The translations under genes were made by a program, and so were the position numbers. From IMG/VR virus record IMGVR_UViG_2579779116_000018, positions 1 through 37,371 of that record: DNA of 37,371 bases. One strand, given 5' to 3'. Origin of the DNA: a virus (Duplodnaviria; Heunggongvirae; Uroviricota; Caudoviricetes). Below the pieces are notes generated by a model, which made no database searches, was not told the DNA's origin, and saw only the letters and a list, made by a program, of their open reading frames with translations. Shown here in pieces: positions 26,750-35,206 of this stretch. How positions within the stretch are numbered: the stretch's first letter is position 1; every line of letters begins with the position of its first letter.

Positions 26750-28261
26750 TTAGGGATCGGCTGGGGAATTTTTTTCTTCACCCTCGCCATTAACGATAAT
26801 ATTTAGTGCGCTCTTTTCGGCTTGAATCTCTGAGAATACTTTTTCAGGATCATCACCACGTTCAAGAATAACGGCAGTACGTGATTTAAGTCCGTTATCA
26901 ATTAAAGCAATCTCGGCGCTTACGTCTTTAAATGGATCGACGGATTCAAAACGCGGACGGATAATAGTTGTATTATCGATAATATGCGGAATTGCAGTAA
27001 TACGAATCGGAACAATACCACGCGCGGAATAATGTCGAAGATAACTTTCGAAAATAGGCAATACAACCGTCTCAATTAATTTGTTTTGCAGTGCTTTAAC
27101 TCGTGTGCGCTGGGTTAGTTCCCCAAAACGCGCGGCTGAGTAGTTGATCTGTGAACAATCTCCTGTTAAGCCCTGTTTGAACACGCCTAAGCCCATTGAT
27201 ACGCTAGTAAACATCGCATCATTGAAGCTGTTAAAGTCATCACCGCTTTGCGTCGCCTGGATGCTCTTGATCGTTGCCCCTTCCGGTAATTCCTGAATAG
27301 TACCCGGTGCAAAATCCTGTACTACTTCCGGCGCTTGATATTGTTCATCATCTTCACCAGTATCAAAATCGTCACCAGAATCTTTCGGACGTTCGATAAA
27401 GCCCATAGAGCTAGCTGCAATACGTTTCTGGATGATCGCGGTTTCGCGGAATGCGTCTTGATGTGCGATATCCTTGATCACTGGCAGGAAGTCAGTCACA
27501 CCACGCAGGGATTCGGCTGTAAGTGGTTGATAATAATGGCATACTTGCGATGCATCTACGCGATAGTTATCACCTGTGTAAGTCTGAGTCAGTAGGTTGA
27601 TTTTACGAAACCAGTATGCAACAGGGCGCATTGTTTCTACGTCATACTCGATCCCCTGAAATATCGCACGGTCTTTGCTTACTTCACGATTGAGCGACCA
27701 GTCGCACTTATCAGCAGACAGGATAGAAACATTTAACTCATTGTTTTCTTTGGTTAAAACGATGAAGCACTCACCACCCATAACGCGCTCACGTTCAGCC
27801 ATTACCAGCAGTTCACGGAAGTTAAAGCGACCGTTACGAGAGAAGCGTTTAGCGTTCTGCGCCCACTTCCAGAAAGCATTCTCGATCTGCTTATTCAGTG
27901 CGCTATCAAGTTTGCCATTTGATTTAACGATTGACGGCTTAGGATCTAGGCCAGTAGCAACCACCATATCGGTGATGTATTGCGTGTAGCGACTGCCAAC
28001 GGAAGTGTTTAAGGCCAGAGTACGACCCTGATCATAAAGGCGCTTACCGTTCGATTTGAGAGCCTTATTGAAGGTTCCTGTAATGGTGTCTTGTTGAAGC
28101 TGCCCATCAATGCGATCACCGACTAAGCCCAAAGAACGCTTAGACAAATCTTTCTGGAATTTTTCTACTTGTTTGTCGATAAAGATTTTTTGTTGTTGCT
28201 GGCGGTGATTAGTTTTAACTGGAGTTTCTACCGCCTTTTTGCGTCGAAAAAGATTAAACAT
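26750..28261 (-). CDS. portal protein (503 aa)
   Basis: Size and position between large terminase and capsid genes; RBS AAGGGGTAAATC; acidic C-terminal tail. Confidence 0.85.
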   Translation of the reverse strand: MFNLFRRKKAVETPVKTNHRQQQQKIFIDKQVEKFQKDLSKRSLGLVGDRIDGQLQQDTITGTFNKALKSNGKRLYDQGRTLALNTSVGSRYTQYITDMVVATGLDPKPSIVKSNGKLDSALNKQIENAFWKWAQNAKRFSRNGRFNFRELLVMAERERVMGGECFIVLTKENNELNVSILSADKCDWSLNREVSKDRAIFQGIEYDVETMRPVAYWFRKINLLTQTYTGDNYRVDASQVCHYYQPLTAESLRGVTDFLPVIKDIAHQDAFRETAIIQKRIAASSMGFIERPKDSGDDFDTGEDDEQYQAPEVVQDFAPGTIQELPEGATIKSIQATQSGDDFNSFNDAMFTSVSMGLGVFKQGLTGDCSQINYSAARFGELTQRTRVKALQNKLIETVVLPIFESYLRHYSARGIVPIRITAIPHIIDNTTIIRPRFESVDPFKDVSAEIALIDNGLKSRTAVILERGDDPEKVFSEIQAEKSALNIIVNGEGEEKNSPADP

Positions 28262-28271
28262 GATTTACCCC

Positions 28272-28766
28272 TTATCGCGTAAGACGTAATTTGATATTTT
28301 TAATCGGGCTAATTCCCTGTTTACGTCGTTCGGCTTGAATTAATTTAGATAACTGACGTTCATAATCAGTCTTCAATTGCTGGAGAACACCCAATGACTC
28401 ATAGGCGAAAGTATTCCCTTTCACTGTCATTTGAGATAATGCGGCTTCGTCCCCAGATAAACGGGCGAAAATAACTTGCTCGATTAAGGCGATAGTTTCC
28501 CGCAGATAGTCTTTCTTGGTCTGTTTCTGGAATACTGGCAATACAGTTAATTCCTGCATAGAGATTAATTCATCGTCACGAGTAATAACGATGGTCATTT
28601 TTCCTTCTGGGAAGTCTAATGTTTTAATCTCGTGATTTTCCGGTGCATCATCGACTTGATAAACGATAGCTTTACTATTTCCGACCTGAATGGTTACACC
28701 CTCTTCATTCGCCAGCGTTATTTTTTCGCCTTTACGAATTACTAAGGGAATTAGTTCTAAACTCAT
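28272..28766 (-). CDS. hypothetical head morphogenesis protein (164 aa)
   Basis: Located between large terminase and portal genes (position of lambda W-type genes); RBS AAGGGGTAATT; no motif recognised. Confidence 0.55.
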   Translation of the reverse strand: MSLELIPLVIRKGEKITLANEEGVTIQVGNSKAIVYQVDDAPENHEIKTLDFPEGKMTIVITRDDELISMQELTVLPVFQKQTKKDYLRETIALIEQVIFARLSGDEAALSQMTVKGNTFAYESLGVLQQLKTDYERQLSKLIQAERRKQGISPIKNIKLRLTR

Positions 28767-28814
28767 AATTACCCCTTATTTAATTGTTATTGGATTAACA
28801 ATATTTAGGAGTAA

Positions 28815-28832
28815 GCCGCCCCGAAGGACGGC
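28815..28832 (-). other. UUCG-tetraloop hairpin downstream of the terminase gene
   Basis: Minus-strand RNA GCCGUCC-UUCG-GGGCGGC (one G-U), then a moderately U-rich segment. Confidence 0.4.
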
Positions 28833-28838
28833 GAGTTA

Positions 28839-30743
28839 TTAGAACGATGTTACCCAGCTACGGCCTCTATTTGGGCGTCTGGCGATGTTTTGACGTTGTG
28901 GTCGTGTGATTGGCTTAGTTTCTTCGATTTGCTCGTCAGATTGCGATTTAGGAGCTTCTACAGGTTCTTCTGGTTCACGGTTCAAACTATCTTTGATGGC
29001 TTCGAGTTTTTCCCATGACATTTTATTGAGTACATGACGAGAAGCAGCATAGGAATAAGCCAGGCAGTCGAGAGCCTCGTTTCGTTGCTGACCAACTTTT
29101 ACCCAACGTGTGGTATTACCCTGCCGTTTCAACTGTTCAGATAACAATTGCTCGCAATAGTCATCAGGAACGTCACCAATCTGGAAGACCGTATGAGGAT
29201 CGCTGTCTCTCAAGTTCCGGTTAATCATTTCACGGATCATCGTCTTAAGGTTGTTTACGCCCAGAATTTTGAGAGTAAAACCGCCCGTTCTTGTGTCCTT
29301 AGCCGGAAGGATTGGAGCATCAGCATTACTTGCGCCTTTAATGGCGCATAGGTTTTGCCACCTAGTGCAAAAACGGTAGATCACGTTTGTAGCTCGTCCG
29401 TTCGATGAGTCCACGAAAGCAGATAACATCGGGATTCGTTCACCGGATCGGGTATAGAATTTCGCTTTCAGGAAGTTATAAAGCTGGTCATATGCTGGCG
29501 ATTCGTGGCGTTCGCAGTTCACATCATAGAATGATCGGTGATCAACTACGCATATCCCCTTACGAGAGATACCCAGCAAGGTAGATTCCAGACGGTCTTT
29601 TTGCTGGTCAACTCCACCTACCAGAGCCAGTACATCATCAGGAATATTGTCTAGGCTAATATCAGTTTTCAGCGTTTCCAGTTCGTCGGCTGTGCGGTCT
29701 TCGTTAAGATCATCGAAGGTTTCGCCTAAGACAGTGTTATAGAACGTTGCCAGGGACATATTCGCGTAGCTATCAGCAAAGTCCACCACACACGCACGGA
29801 TAGAACTAAACGGAGACATAAGGCGGTTAGCATGAAAACCGATTACTTCCGCATTTGGTTCGGTGGCGACCCATTCTCCCTGAGCAACAGCACGGAGGCG
29901 ATCCCCTTCGGTCCAATCGGTTTCACATTCAGGGCAACGGTAAACGGCTGTATCTGGGTTGGGTAATGATTTACCGTTAATCGTATGCCAATCGAAATGT
30001 ACGTTACTCCATTCCATTACGTGCTTGTGTCCGCAATGCTGGCAAACGACATGATATTTTCTCTTATCCGAGAGTTCCCATTGTTGGTTAATCGCCCCAT
30101 CACGAGCGGTTGGAGTGGAAGCAATTACGATCCTTGCATCTTCCCCGAAAGTGGTTGCGCGTTGTTCCGCTAGCTGGATCGGGTTCCCTTCGTCTGACTC
30201 ATCAGCCGCATCAACTTCATCAAGAATAATCAAAGGGAGTGTTTTACCGCGAAGATGTGACGGACTATTCAACGACATGAAATACATAAACGATCCGTTA
30301 CGAAGCTGAATAATCGATGAGTTGTTAACGGCATTGCGATCTGATTTGTCGGTGATCATCGCTTTTAATTCTGGCGTTGCCTCTAATACTGGCTTCACCT
30401 TACCAGCGATCCAAGAATTTAGTTCCCTAACGTTACTTTGCAAGACCCCAATATTAGTAGGGTTACTCGCGATCCGATGGAAGATAATTCCGTTAAGAAT
30501 CATGGTCTTACCCAACTGCGCCGAACATTTAAACACAATTTTTCTACGGTCTTCGGTGATCGCGTCCATCATTCCACGTTGGAAGGGATGCAATTTAATT
30601 AGCGATCCGGCTTTAACACCATCGGTTGCAACTACATTAGCCTCTACCCATTCGCTAGGTTTCATGGCTTTAGGTGGGCGAATTGCAGCAGAGATATTTC
30701 TGAGAATCTTTTTTAATTTTGCCTTATTAGAAATCAGTTTCAT
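28839..30743 (-). CDS. terminase large subunit, lambda gpA-like (634 aa)
   Basis: HPFQRGMMDAI, Walker A-like KCSAQLGKTM, Asp-rich LIILDEVDAADE, Cys cluster CQHCGH...CPEC; first gene of the minus-strand late operon. Confidence 0.9.
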   Translation of the reverse strand: MKLISNKAKLKKILRNISAAIRPPKAMKPSEWVEANVVATDGVKAGSLIKLHPFQRGMMDAITEDRRKIVFKCSAQLGKTMILNGIIFHRIASNPTNIGVLQSNVRELNSWIAGKVKPVLEATPELKAMITDKSDRNAVNNSSIIQLRNGSFMYFMSLNSPSHLRGKTLPLIILDEVDAADESDEGNPIQLAEQRATTFGEDARIVIASTPTARDGAINQQWELSDKRKYHVVCQHCGHKHVMEWSNVHFDWHTINGKSLPNPDTAVYRCPECETDWTEGDRLRAVAQGEWVATEPNAEVIGFHANRLMSPFSSIRACVVDFADSYANMSLATFYNTVLGETFDDLNEDRTADELETLKTDISLDNIPDDVLALVGGVDQQKDRLESTLLGISRKGICVVDHRSFYDVNCERHESPAYDQLYNFLKAKFYTRSGERIPMLSAFVDSSNGRATNVIYRFCTRWQNLCAIKGASNADAPILPAKDTRTGGFTLKILGVNNLKTMIREMINRNLRDSDPHTVFQIGDVPDDYCEQLLSEQLKRQGNTTRWVKVGQQRNEALDCLAYSYAASRHVLNKMSWEKLEAIKDSLNREPEEPVEAPKSQSDEQIEETKPITRPQRQNIARRPNRGRSWVTSF

Positions 30744-30828
30744 GTAATTACCCTCATTACGAAATATGAAGGTATTTATTAAATTGTTGATATTTTGATA
30801 AATACGGGTATTAATTAAAGGGGGTTGT

Positions 30829-31431
30829 ATGCTAATTAATCAGCAACAAAGAGATGAATTAGAATTAGCCTTGTCTTGTACCGATCATGAATATCGTTTA
30901 CCAGTTAAGCATAAGCATTTAAAAACCGACTACACAACATCTGGCTTTAGTCGTGAGGAAGCGAAAGAGATTTTAATCGAGTTGTATCGCGATCATGGGT
31001 ATACCGATATTCATAACTTCTTTAAGAAGCATCGCACATCACAGACAGAGTTTCGGAGAGTCCGAGATTGGTTTGATTTTGATATCAAGCGTTATTATCG
31101 CATTGATGACGGTCCTATCTATAGGTTGCAGTGGAAGCCGATCCGAGAAGTGTTGAAACAGAAGAGATTGAATCACGCTATTACACGCTATCGTAACGTG
31201 GCTTTCAAGAAAGGCTATGGTGATACAAGGGAATTGTTTGTAGAACTCGCTAACGTGCGTTATAGCCACTATTACAACGATCCTAAAGGGTTCTTTGAAG
31301 TGCTTCGCAAGGTTGATATAAGTCGGGGGACATACTATTCACGGTTGAAGAAGTACGGGATTAAGGCAGAGTTCTTTATGTCGGTTGACGATGGAGAACT
31401 TTTTCCGATAAAATGTAAGTCCTCTAAATAA
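30829..31431 (+). CDS. hypothetical protein with C-terminal DNA-binding-like motif (200 aa)
   Basis: RBS AAAGGGGGTT; C-terminal RGTYYSRLKKYGIKAEF resembles the motif in 31467-31694 and 34911-35093. Confidence 0.6.
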   Translation: MLINQQQRDELELALSCTDHEYRLPVKHKHLKTDYTTSGFSREEAKEILIELYRDHGYTDIHNFFKKHRTSQTEFRRVRDWFDFDIKRYYRIDDGPIYRLQWKPIREVLKQKRLNHAITRYRNVAFKKGYGDTRELFVELANVRYSHYYNDPKGFFEVLRKVDISRGTYYSRLKKYGIKAEFFMSVDDGELFPIKCKSSK

Positions 31432-31466
31432 AGGTGAACATTCACTTTAATTTGGAGGAAGTAACT

Positions 31467-31694
31467 ATGACTACTAAAGCTACTCGCGGTCGCCCTGCCC
31501 GTTTTAACGCTGAACAGATGGCTGATATTGCCTACGCTTACTATACAGCGGATCGTGGTAAGGAAGCGAAAGAACAGATTCTTAGTGAACATGGGATCTC
31601 AATCGCCCAATTCTATAAGAATATGAAGAAGTTAGACATTAAATTCTATGTTCAGATCGGTGATGGTCAGATCGTAGAAGCAACAGGTTTTTGA
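31467..31694 (+). CDS. small putative DNA-binding protein (75 aa)
   Basis: Start at ATG 31467 with strong RBS GGAGGAAG; N-terminal TRGRPARF (AT-hook-like) and C-terminal IAQFYKNMKKLDIKF motif. Confidence 0.55.
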   Translation: MTTKATRGRPARFNAEQMADIAYAYYTADRGKEAKEQILSEHGISIAQFYKNMKKLDIKFYVQIGDGQIVEATGF

Positions 31695-31708
31695 GTTTTG
31701 ATTCTCTT

Positions 31709-31732
31709 TGCCACTCTTCGGAGTGGCTTTTT
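31709..31732 (+). terminator. rho-independent terminator
   Basis: GCCACTC-ttcg-GAGTGGC hairpin followed by TTTTTT, directly after the 31467-31694 gene. Confidence 0.7.
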
Positions 31733-31828
31733 TGTATGTAAAACAATCGGCGCAAAACTGCGCTCATCTCGAAGCTGAGTCCAAATCTTGACTGGTCTAT
31801 AGATGCCAGCAAAAATGCTGTTATCTAT

Positions 31829-31863
31829 AAAAACAAAAAGCCCAGCGCAATTATGCGCCGGGC
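31829..31863 (-). terminator. rho-independent terminator after the Rha gene
   Basis: Minus-strand GCCCGGCGCA-uaau-UGCGCUGGGC (one G-U) followed by UUUUUGUUUUU. Confidence 0.65.
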
Positions 31864-31869
31864 GATTAA

Positions 31870-32700
31870 TCAGATCCCAAAATCAACAAGGGAAATTACG
31901 TTACCTGATTCACGAATCTGTTTAGCAGCTTTGTTTTGAATCAGAATAGTGTTATTTGGCTGCGGTAGTTTAAGAGTTGCTTTTTGTTCTTCTTCCAGAA
32001 TACCCAATTCAACCAACACAGGAAGAACATCAACAGTAAACTCAAGTTGGTAGTGAGCATTCATGCGGCAGAAAGACAGAGAAGAGTCATTAGCAACATA
32101 CCCACACGGCTTGTTATTTTCATCGTAGACGCGCTCAATGTAGCCAGCAGTACGCAAGGCCGTCAGTGCTTCTTTAACCTTCGTAGCGCCCTTTTTAGCG
32201 CCTAACAGACGGGTCATTGAATGGCTATCTACGGATTTGCGAACATGAAGTTCAATCAGCTTTTTATTTTCGCGAGTTTTCTTTAATGCCAGTTCGATCC
32301 AGTCTGTTTCTTCAAAGTCTGCATACGGGTTAACGGCTAAACGTTCCTGACGCAGTTTTTCATTTTCTTCTTTCAGTCGCTTCCATTCCTGAATAACAAC
32401 CATTCGACGCTTAACATCGTAACCAGTGACAAGAGTCAGCGTCATTTCTTCGTCTAAGTGATATACTGGTTCTTTAACAGCATATCCTAAGTTATTGATT
32501 CTCTCGACAAATTCAGTTTTGAGCTGATCGATAATACCTAAAGATTCGTACATTTCGCGAATATCGCGCATTACATTGCTGTGCTTCTTATCGGTAAATT
32601 CAGCGATCTGACGAGAAGACATGGTCAGCGGTTTGGTGTTATCAACAACCAGAGACACGGAAGCAGTTTTAACAGTATTCATAGTAGTAACAGTATTCAT
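31870..32700 (-). CDS. Rha-family phage regulatory protein (276 aa)
   Basis: N-terminal LTMSSRQIAEFTDKKHSNVMRDIREM matches the Rha signature; RBS AAGGGGAATT; gene begins with an 18 nt direct repeat (MNTVTT-MNTVKT). Confidence 0.8.
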   Translation of the reverse strand: MNTVTTMNTVKTASVSLVVDNTKPLTMSSRQIAEFTDKKHSNVMRDIREMYESLGIIDQLKTEFVERINNLGYAVKEPVYHLDEEMTLTLVTGYDVKRRMVVIQEWKRLKEENEKLRQERLAVNPYADFEETDWIELALKKTRENKKLIELHVRKSVDSHSMTRLLGAKKGATKVKEALTALRTAGYIERVYDENNKPCGYVANDSSLSFCRMNAHYQLEFTVDVLPVLVELGILEEEQKATLKLPQPNNTILIQNKAAKQIRESGNVISLVDFGI

Positions 32701-32803
32701 AGTAAAAATTCCCCTTAAACGGTTTAGTGATTGATTCTCCTGTTTTTAACTGTCCACACGCCAACGGCGCGCGGAACAATTTTATTTATAAGAAGTTTTT
32801 ATC

Positions 32804-32950
32804 TCATTTAGATTCAGCAATCGCGCGATCAATTTCTTCTTGAATGCGACGCTGGCGTTCATGGAAGTCAACCATTGAGAAATTCAGGTTTGGGGTCCAC
32901 GGTTTGCGGTTCGGGTTTTTACGTCCATCAATTTTCTTAGTAGTGTTCAT
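32804..32950 (-). CDS. small basic protein (about 48 aa)
   Basis: Hand-found ORF MNTTKKIDGRKNPNRKPWTPNLNF... with RBS AAAGGGG, immediately downstream of the minus-strand promoter. Confidence 0.35.
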   Translation of the reverse strand: MNTTKKIDGRKNPNRKPWTPNLNFSMVDFHERQRRIQEEIDRAIAESK

Positions 32951-33008
32951 AATTAACATCCCCTTTACAAATCTAGGTCAAATAGGTTCAAAGTTGTCAA
33001 GTGCGATA

Positions 33009-33037
33009 ATCATAAAAAAGTCAGAAATTTTTGTCAA
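33009..33037 (-). promoter_or_regulatory. sigma70-type promoter (minus strand)
   Basis: On the minus strand TTGACA (33032-33037), 17 bp spacer, TATGAT (33009-33014); drives the small ORF and Rha gene. Confidence 0.5.
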
Positions 33038-33072
33038 TACCCCTTGACAAGACGCCAAAGGGTTGACCTAAC

Positions 33073-33525
33073 TTACAGCATATCTAAGCCTTCATCGTAA
33101 CCGTAGAAGCCACCGTGAGAAGAAAAACAGATTGGAGCGTAGTCTTCGTCTTCCTCATCTTCTTCATCTTGTTCTGGGGCTTCCTGAGCGGGTTGTTTAC
33201 CATAATCAGCCATAATCTGGTCAAGATCGGCGATCCCATAGTAAGAGCCTAAATCAACGTCATATTCACGAACATCAAACGGCAGGTCATCACGAACAAT
33301 AATTGCCGGAATGTTGTTGTATTGTTCACGACCTTCATCAGTAAAGCAGTCTACGATCACCGTAGGGCGACCATTACGTTTAAAAGCATAGAAAGCAGTT
33401 GAGAAATTGGAGTCTTCGGAATGACGAATGATGTTATAACCACGATTAGCGAAAACATGCATCATAGCCAGATTATCATCATGGTTCAGACCCAGAAGTA
33501 CGAAAGGAGTTTTAGTATTGATCAT
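33073..33525 (-). CDS. acidic hypothetical protein (about 150 aa)
   Basis: Start placed at ATG 33523-33525 with RBS AGAGGATACCACT; C-terminal acidic run EEDEEDED; first leftward gene leaving the control region. Confidence 0.6.
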   Translation of the reverse strand: MINTKTPFVLLGLNHDDNLAMMHVFANRGYNIIRHSEDSNFSTAFYAFKRNGRPTVIVDCFTDEGREQYNNIPAIIVRDDLPFDVREYDVDLGSYYGIADLDQIMADYGKQPAQEAPEQDEEDEEDEDYAPICFSSHGGFYGYDEGLDML

Positions 33526-33725
33526 AGTGGTATCCTCTAAAAGAAAGTGAATCAAACAAAGTACACTAGTATTTATAACGAGAATTTTTTATCTATTTGG
33601 AAGTGATTAGATTCAGTCGGCTTCGCCTCCTTCATAGATTTTGATTAAATCATCATCAAAACGAAGAAGTATCTTTAGAATATAAGAATCTTTCTTTTGG
33701 AGAAATTATAATCAGGAAGCAATTT

Positions 33726-34057
33726 AGCAACCGAAGGTTGCAATCCCGAAGGGATACCAATACCTTTCATGATCATTAAAGTGATCTAGAATCATCTAGT
33801 AACCAGTTAACTACTATTATCTTCAAAGTGATTATTACTATCTTTCTAGAATCAGTTAGTAACTAGTTTAAAATCCCTTTCAAGAAAATCCTTTCAGAAG
33901 TGATTCTCGATGCCACGCAGTGGCGTCGCAGACGTTTGAGAGTGAGCGAAGCGAGCGAGCAAACTAGTTAATTCCTTCTAAGACCATCTAGTATCATCTA
34001 GTTTAAATTAGTGTTACTAGAAGTAATTGGTTAGCGCTTCGCGCAGTCGGGCTACGC
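33726..34057. repeat. three pairs of short tandem hairpins interleaved with CTAG-rich AT-rich repeats
   Basis: Pairs at 33726-33753 (GCAACCgaaGGTTGC + ATCCCgaaGGGAT), 33911-33934 (GCCACgcaGTGGC + CGTCgcaGACG), 34032-34057 (GCGCttcGCGC + GGGCtacGCCC), separated by repeats such as TCTAGAATCATCTAGTAACCAGTT. Confidence 0.4.
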
Positions 34058-34203
34058 CCTCCTAATATCTTTTTGGTTATTTGTTGTTTTTGGTTTTACA
34101 CATGAGCGTAGCGAATGTGTTATATAATATCTATGCACGCCCGATCCCCGCTTTTGCCCCTCACTAAGTTAATGTTTTATAAAGAGTTTTTCTTACCAAT
34201 CCT

Positions 34204-34393
34204 TTTCGGGGGCAAATTTCAGGGGCAAAAATTAGATTTTCAGGGGCAATTATTGGCATTTCAGGGGCAAAAATGAGGGGCAAAATCACCGTTTCCCAGA
34301 ATTTCAGGGGCAAAAATAGTAGGTTTCAGGGGCAAAAATGGGATAGTGAAATCTAGGGGGATTTTGGTTCAGGGGCAAAATTCAGGGGCAATT
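34204..34393. repeat. iteron-like direct repeats, consensus TTCAGGGGCAAAA (about 10 copies)
   Basis: Copies at approx 34204, 34218, 34238, 34260, 34274, 34304, 34324, 34352 (degenerate), 34369, 34381, irregularly spaced; all same orientation; immediately upstream of the promoter at 34461. Confidence 0.7.
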
Positions 34394-34460
34394 TTCATAG
34401 TGTAGGGCTAGTGTAGGTTTGAAAGTCCTTTCTTGACACTATGTAGGTTTGGTGCTATAC

Positions 34461-34490
34461 TTGACAATTCGAGAAAAAATGTGGTATAAT
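34461..34490 (+). promoter_or_regulatory. strong sigma70 promoter with extended -10
   Basis: TTGACA (34461-34466), 18 bp spacer, TGGTATAAT (34482-34490). Confidence 0.6.
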
Positions 34491-34727
34491 ATTTGTATTG
34501 AAAGTGAAAATTTACCGATTTTCCTTCCTATTGTTATCACCGTGTTAAATTGTTATATGTTTGTGAAGATTTGGATCTGAGAGAAAATCTTGTAACAAAT
34601 CTTTACAATTCATAGCTCAATTAATGCTCACCGCTTTAGCAAAAAGTGCTATGCAATTTTCTAAATTGATTGAATAAACATCAATTTGGTTAATTCGTGT
34701 TCTTCTCTTTAGCAATTCGTGCTGCGG

Positions 34728-34780
34728 TTTAACACATTTAACACGTCTGATAACATCTGAATAACATTTTAACATATCTC
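34728..34780 (+). repeat. five phased TAACA repeats at about 10-11 bp spacing
   Basis: TTAACACA, TTAACACG, GATAACATC, AATAACATT, TTTAACATA in the same orientation, one per helical turn. Confidence 0.4.
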
Positions 34781-34817
34781 TGTTATAAATACATATATAA
34801 GAGATAAATGTGAGGGG

Positions 34818-34847
34818 TTGAAAAATAAAATACAATCCCCATATAAA
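34818..34847 (+). promoter_or_regulatory. possible second promoter
   Basis: TTGAAA (34818-34823), 18 bp spacer, TATAAA (34842-34847); weaker match. Confidence 0.3.
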
Positions 34848-34854
34848 TAATAGT

Positions 34855-34875
34855 GAGCGGTTAACGCTCTTTTTT
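34855..34875 (+). terminator. intrinsic terminator / attenuator within the leader
   Basis: GAGCG-gttaa-CGCTC hairpin followed by TTTTTT, 35 nt upstream of ATG 34911. Confidence 0.5.
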
Positions 34876-34910
34876 AAGAAATCATTAATCCAGATTTAGG
34901 AGGATTTAAG

Positions 34911-35093
34911 ATGGCACGACCTGTTAAGTTCACTCGTGAAATCGTTTTAGAAATGGCAAAGCGTTATTTTGAACTGACACCTGATGTAGTGATGGGTGAA
35001 TGGTTTAAAGGTGAAGGTATTGATCAATCAACCTTCCACAAACTCTTAAAGAAGTATGACATTAAAGTAAAGATTACCGCAGAGGTGTGGTAA
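34911..35093 (+). CDS. small putative DNA-binding protein (60 aa)
   Basis: Strong RBS AGGAGGA; MARPVKF N-terminus and STFHKLLKKYDIKVKI C-terminal motif, paralogous to 31467-31694. Confidence 0.6.
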   Translation: MARPVKFTREIVLEMAKRYFELTPDVVMGEWFKGEGIDQSTFHKLLKKYDIKVKITAEVW

Positions 35094-35206
35094 TAACCTT
35101 TCACTGAGAATTATATGATGGCTTTAAAAAAGAAAAAGCCTCCCTTGTTGCAGCAAAGGAGGCTTGAAATGAACAATTAAAACTAACTTTCCACGGAGTA
35201 TTTATA

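Noticed and set aside
32844-33047. 67 aa plus-strand ORF in the Rha-upstream region
   Set aside because: Overlaps the minus-strand promoter and small ORF, has no RBS, and runs against the local transcription direction.
34150-34175. T3/T7-like promoter core (CCCTCACTAA)
   Set aside because: Only a 10 nt match with the downstream half of the consensus absent; no single-subunit RNA polymerase gene in the window and no recurrence before other genes. Judged coincidental.
34204-34393. Possible CRISPR array
   Set aside because: Repeat unit is only about 13 nt and spacers are irregular (12-45 bp) and partly shorter than the repeat; fits iterons or binding sites, not CRISPR.
34617-34835. 72 aa minus-strand ORF inside the leader region
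   Set aside because: No RBS, AT-rich low-complexity product, antisense to the strong promoter's transcript.
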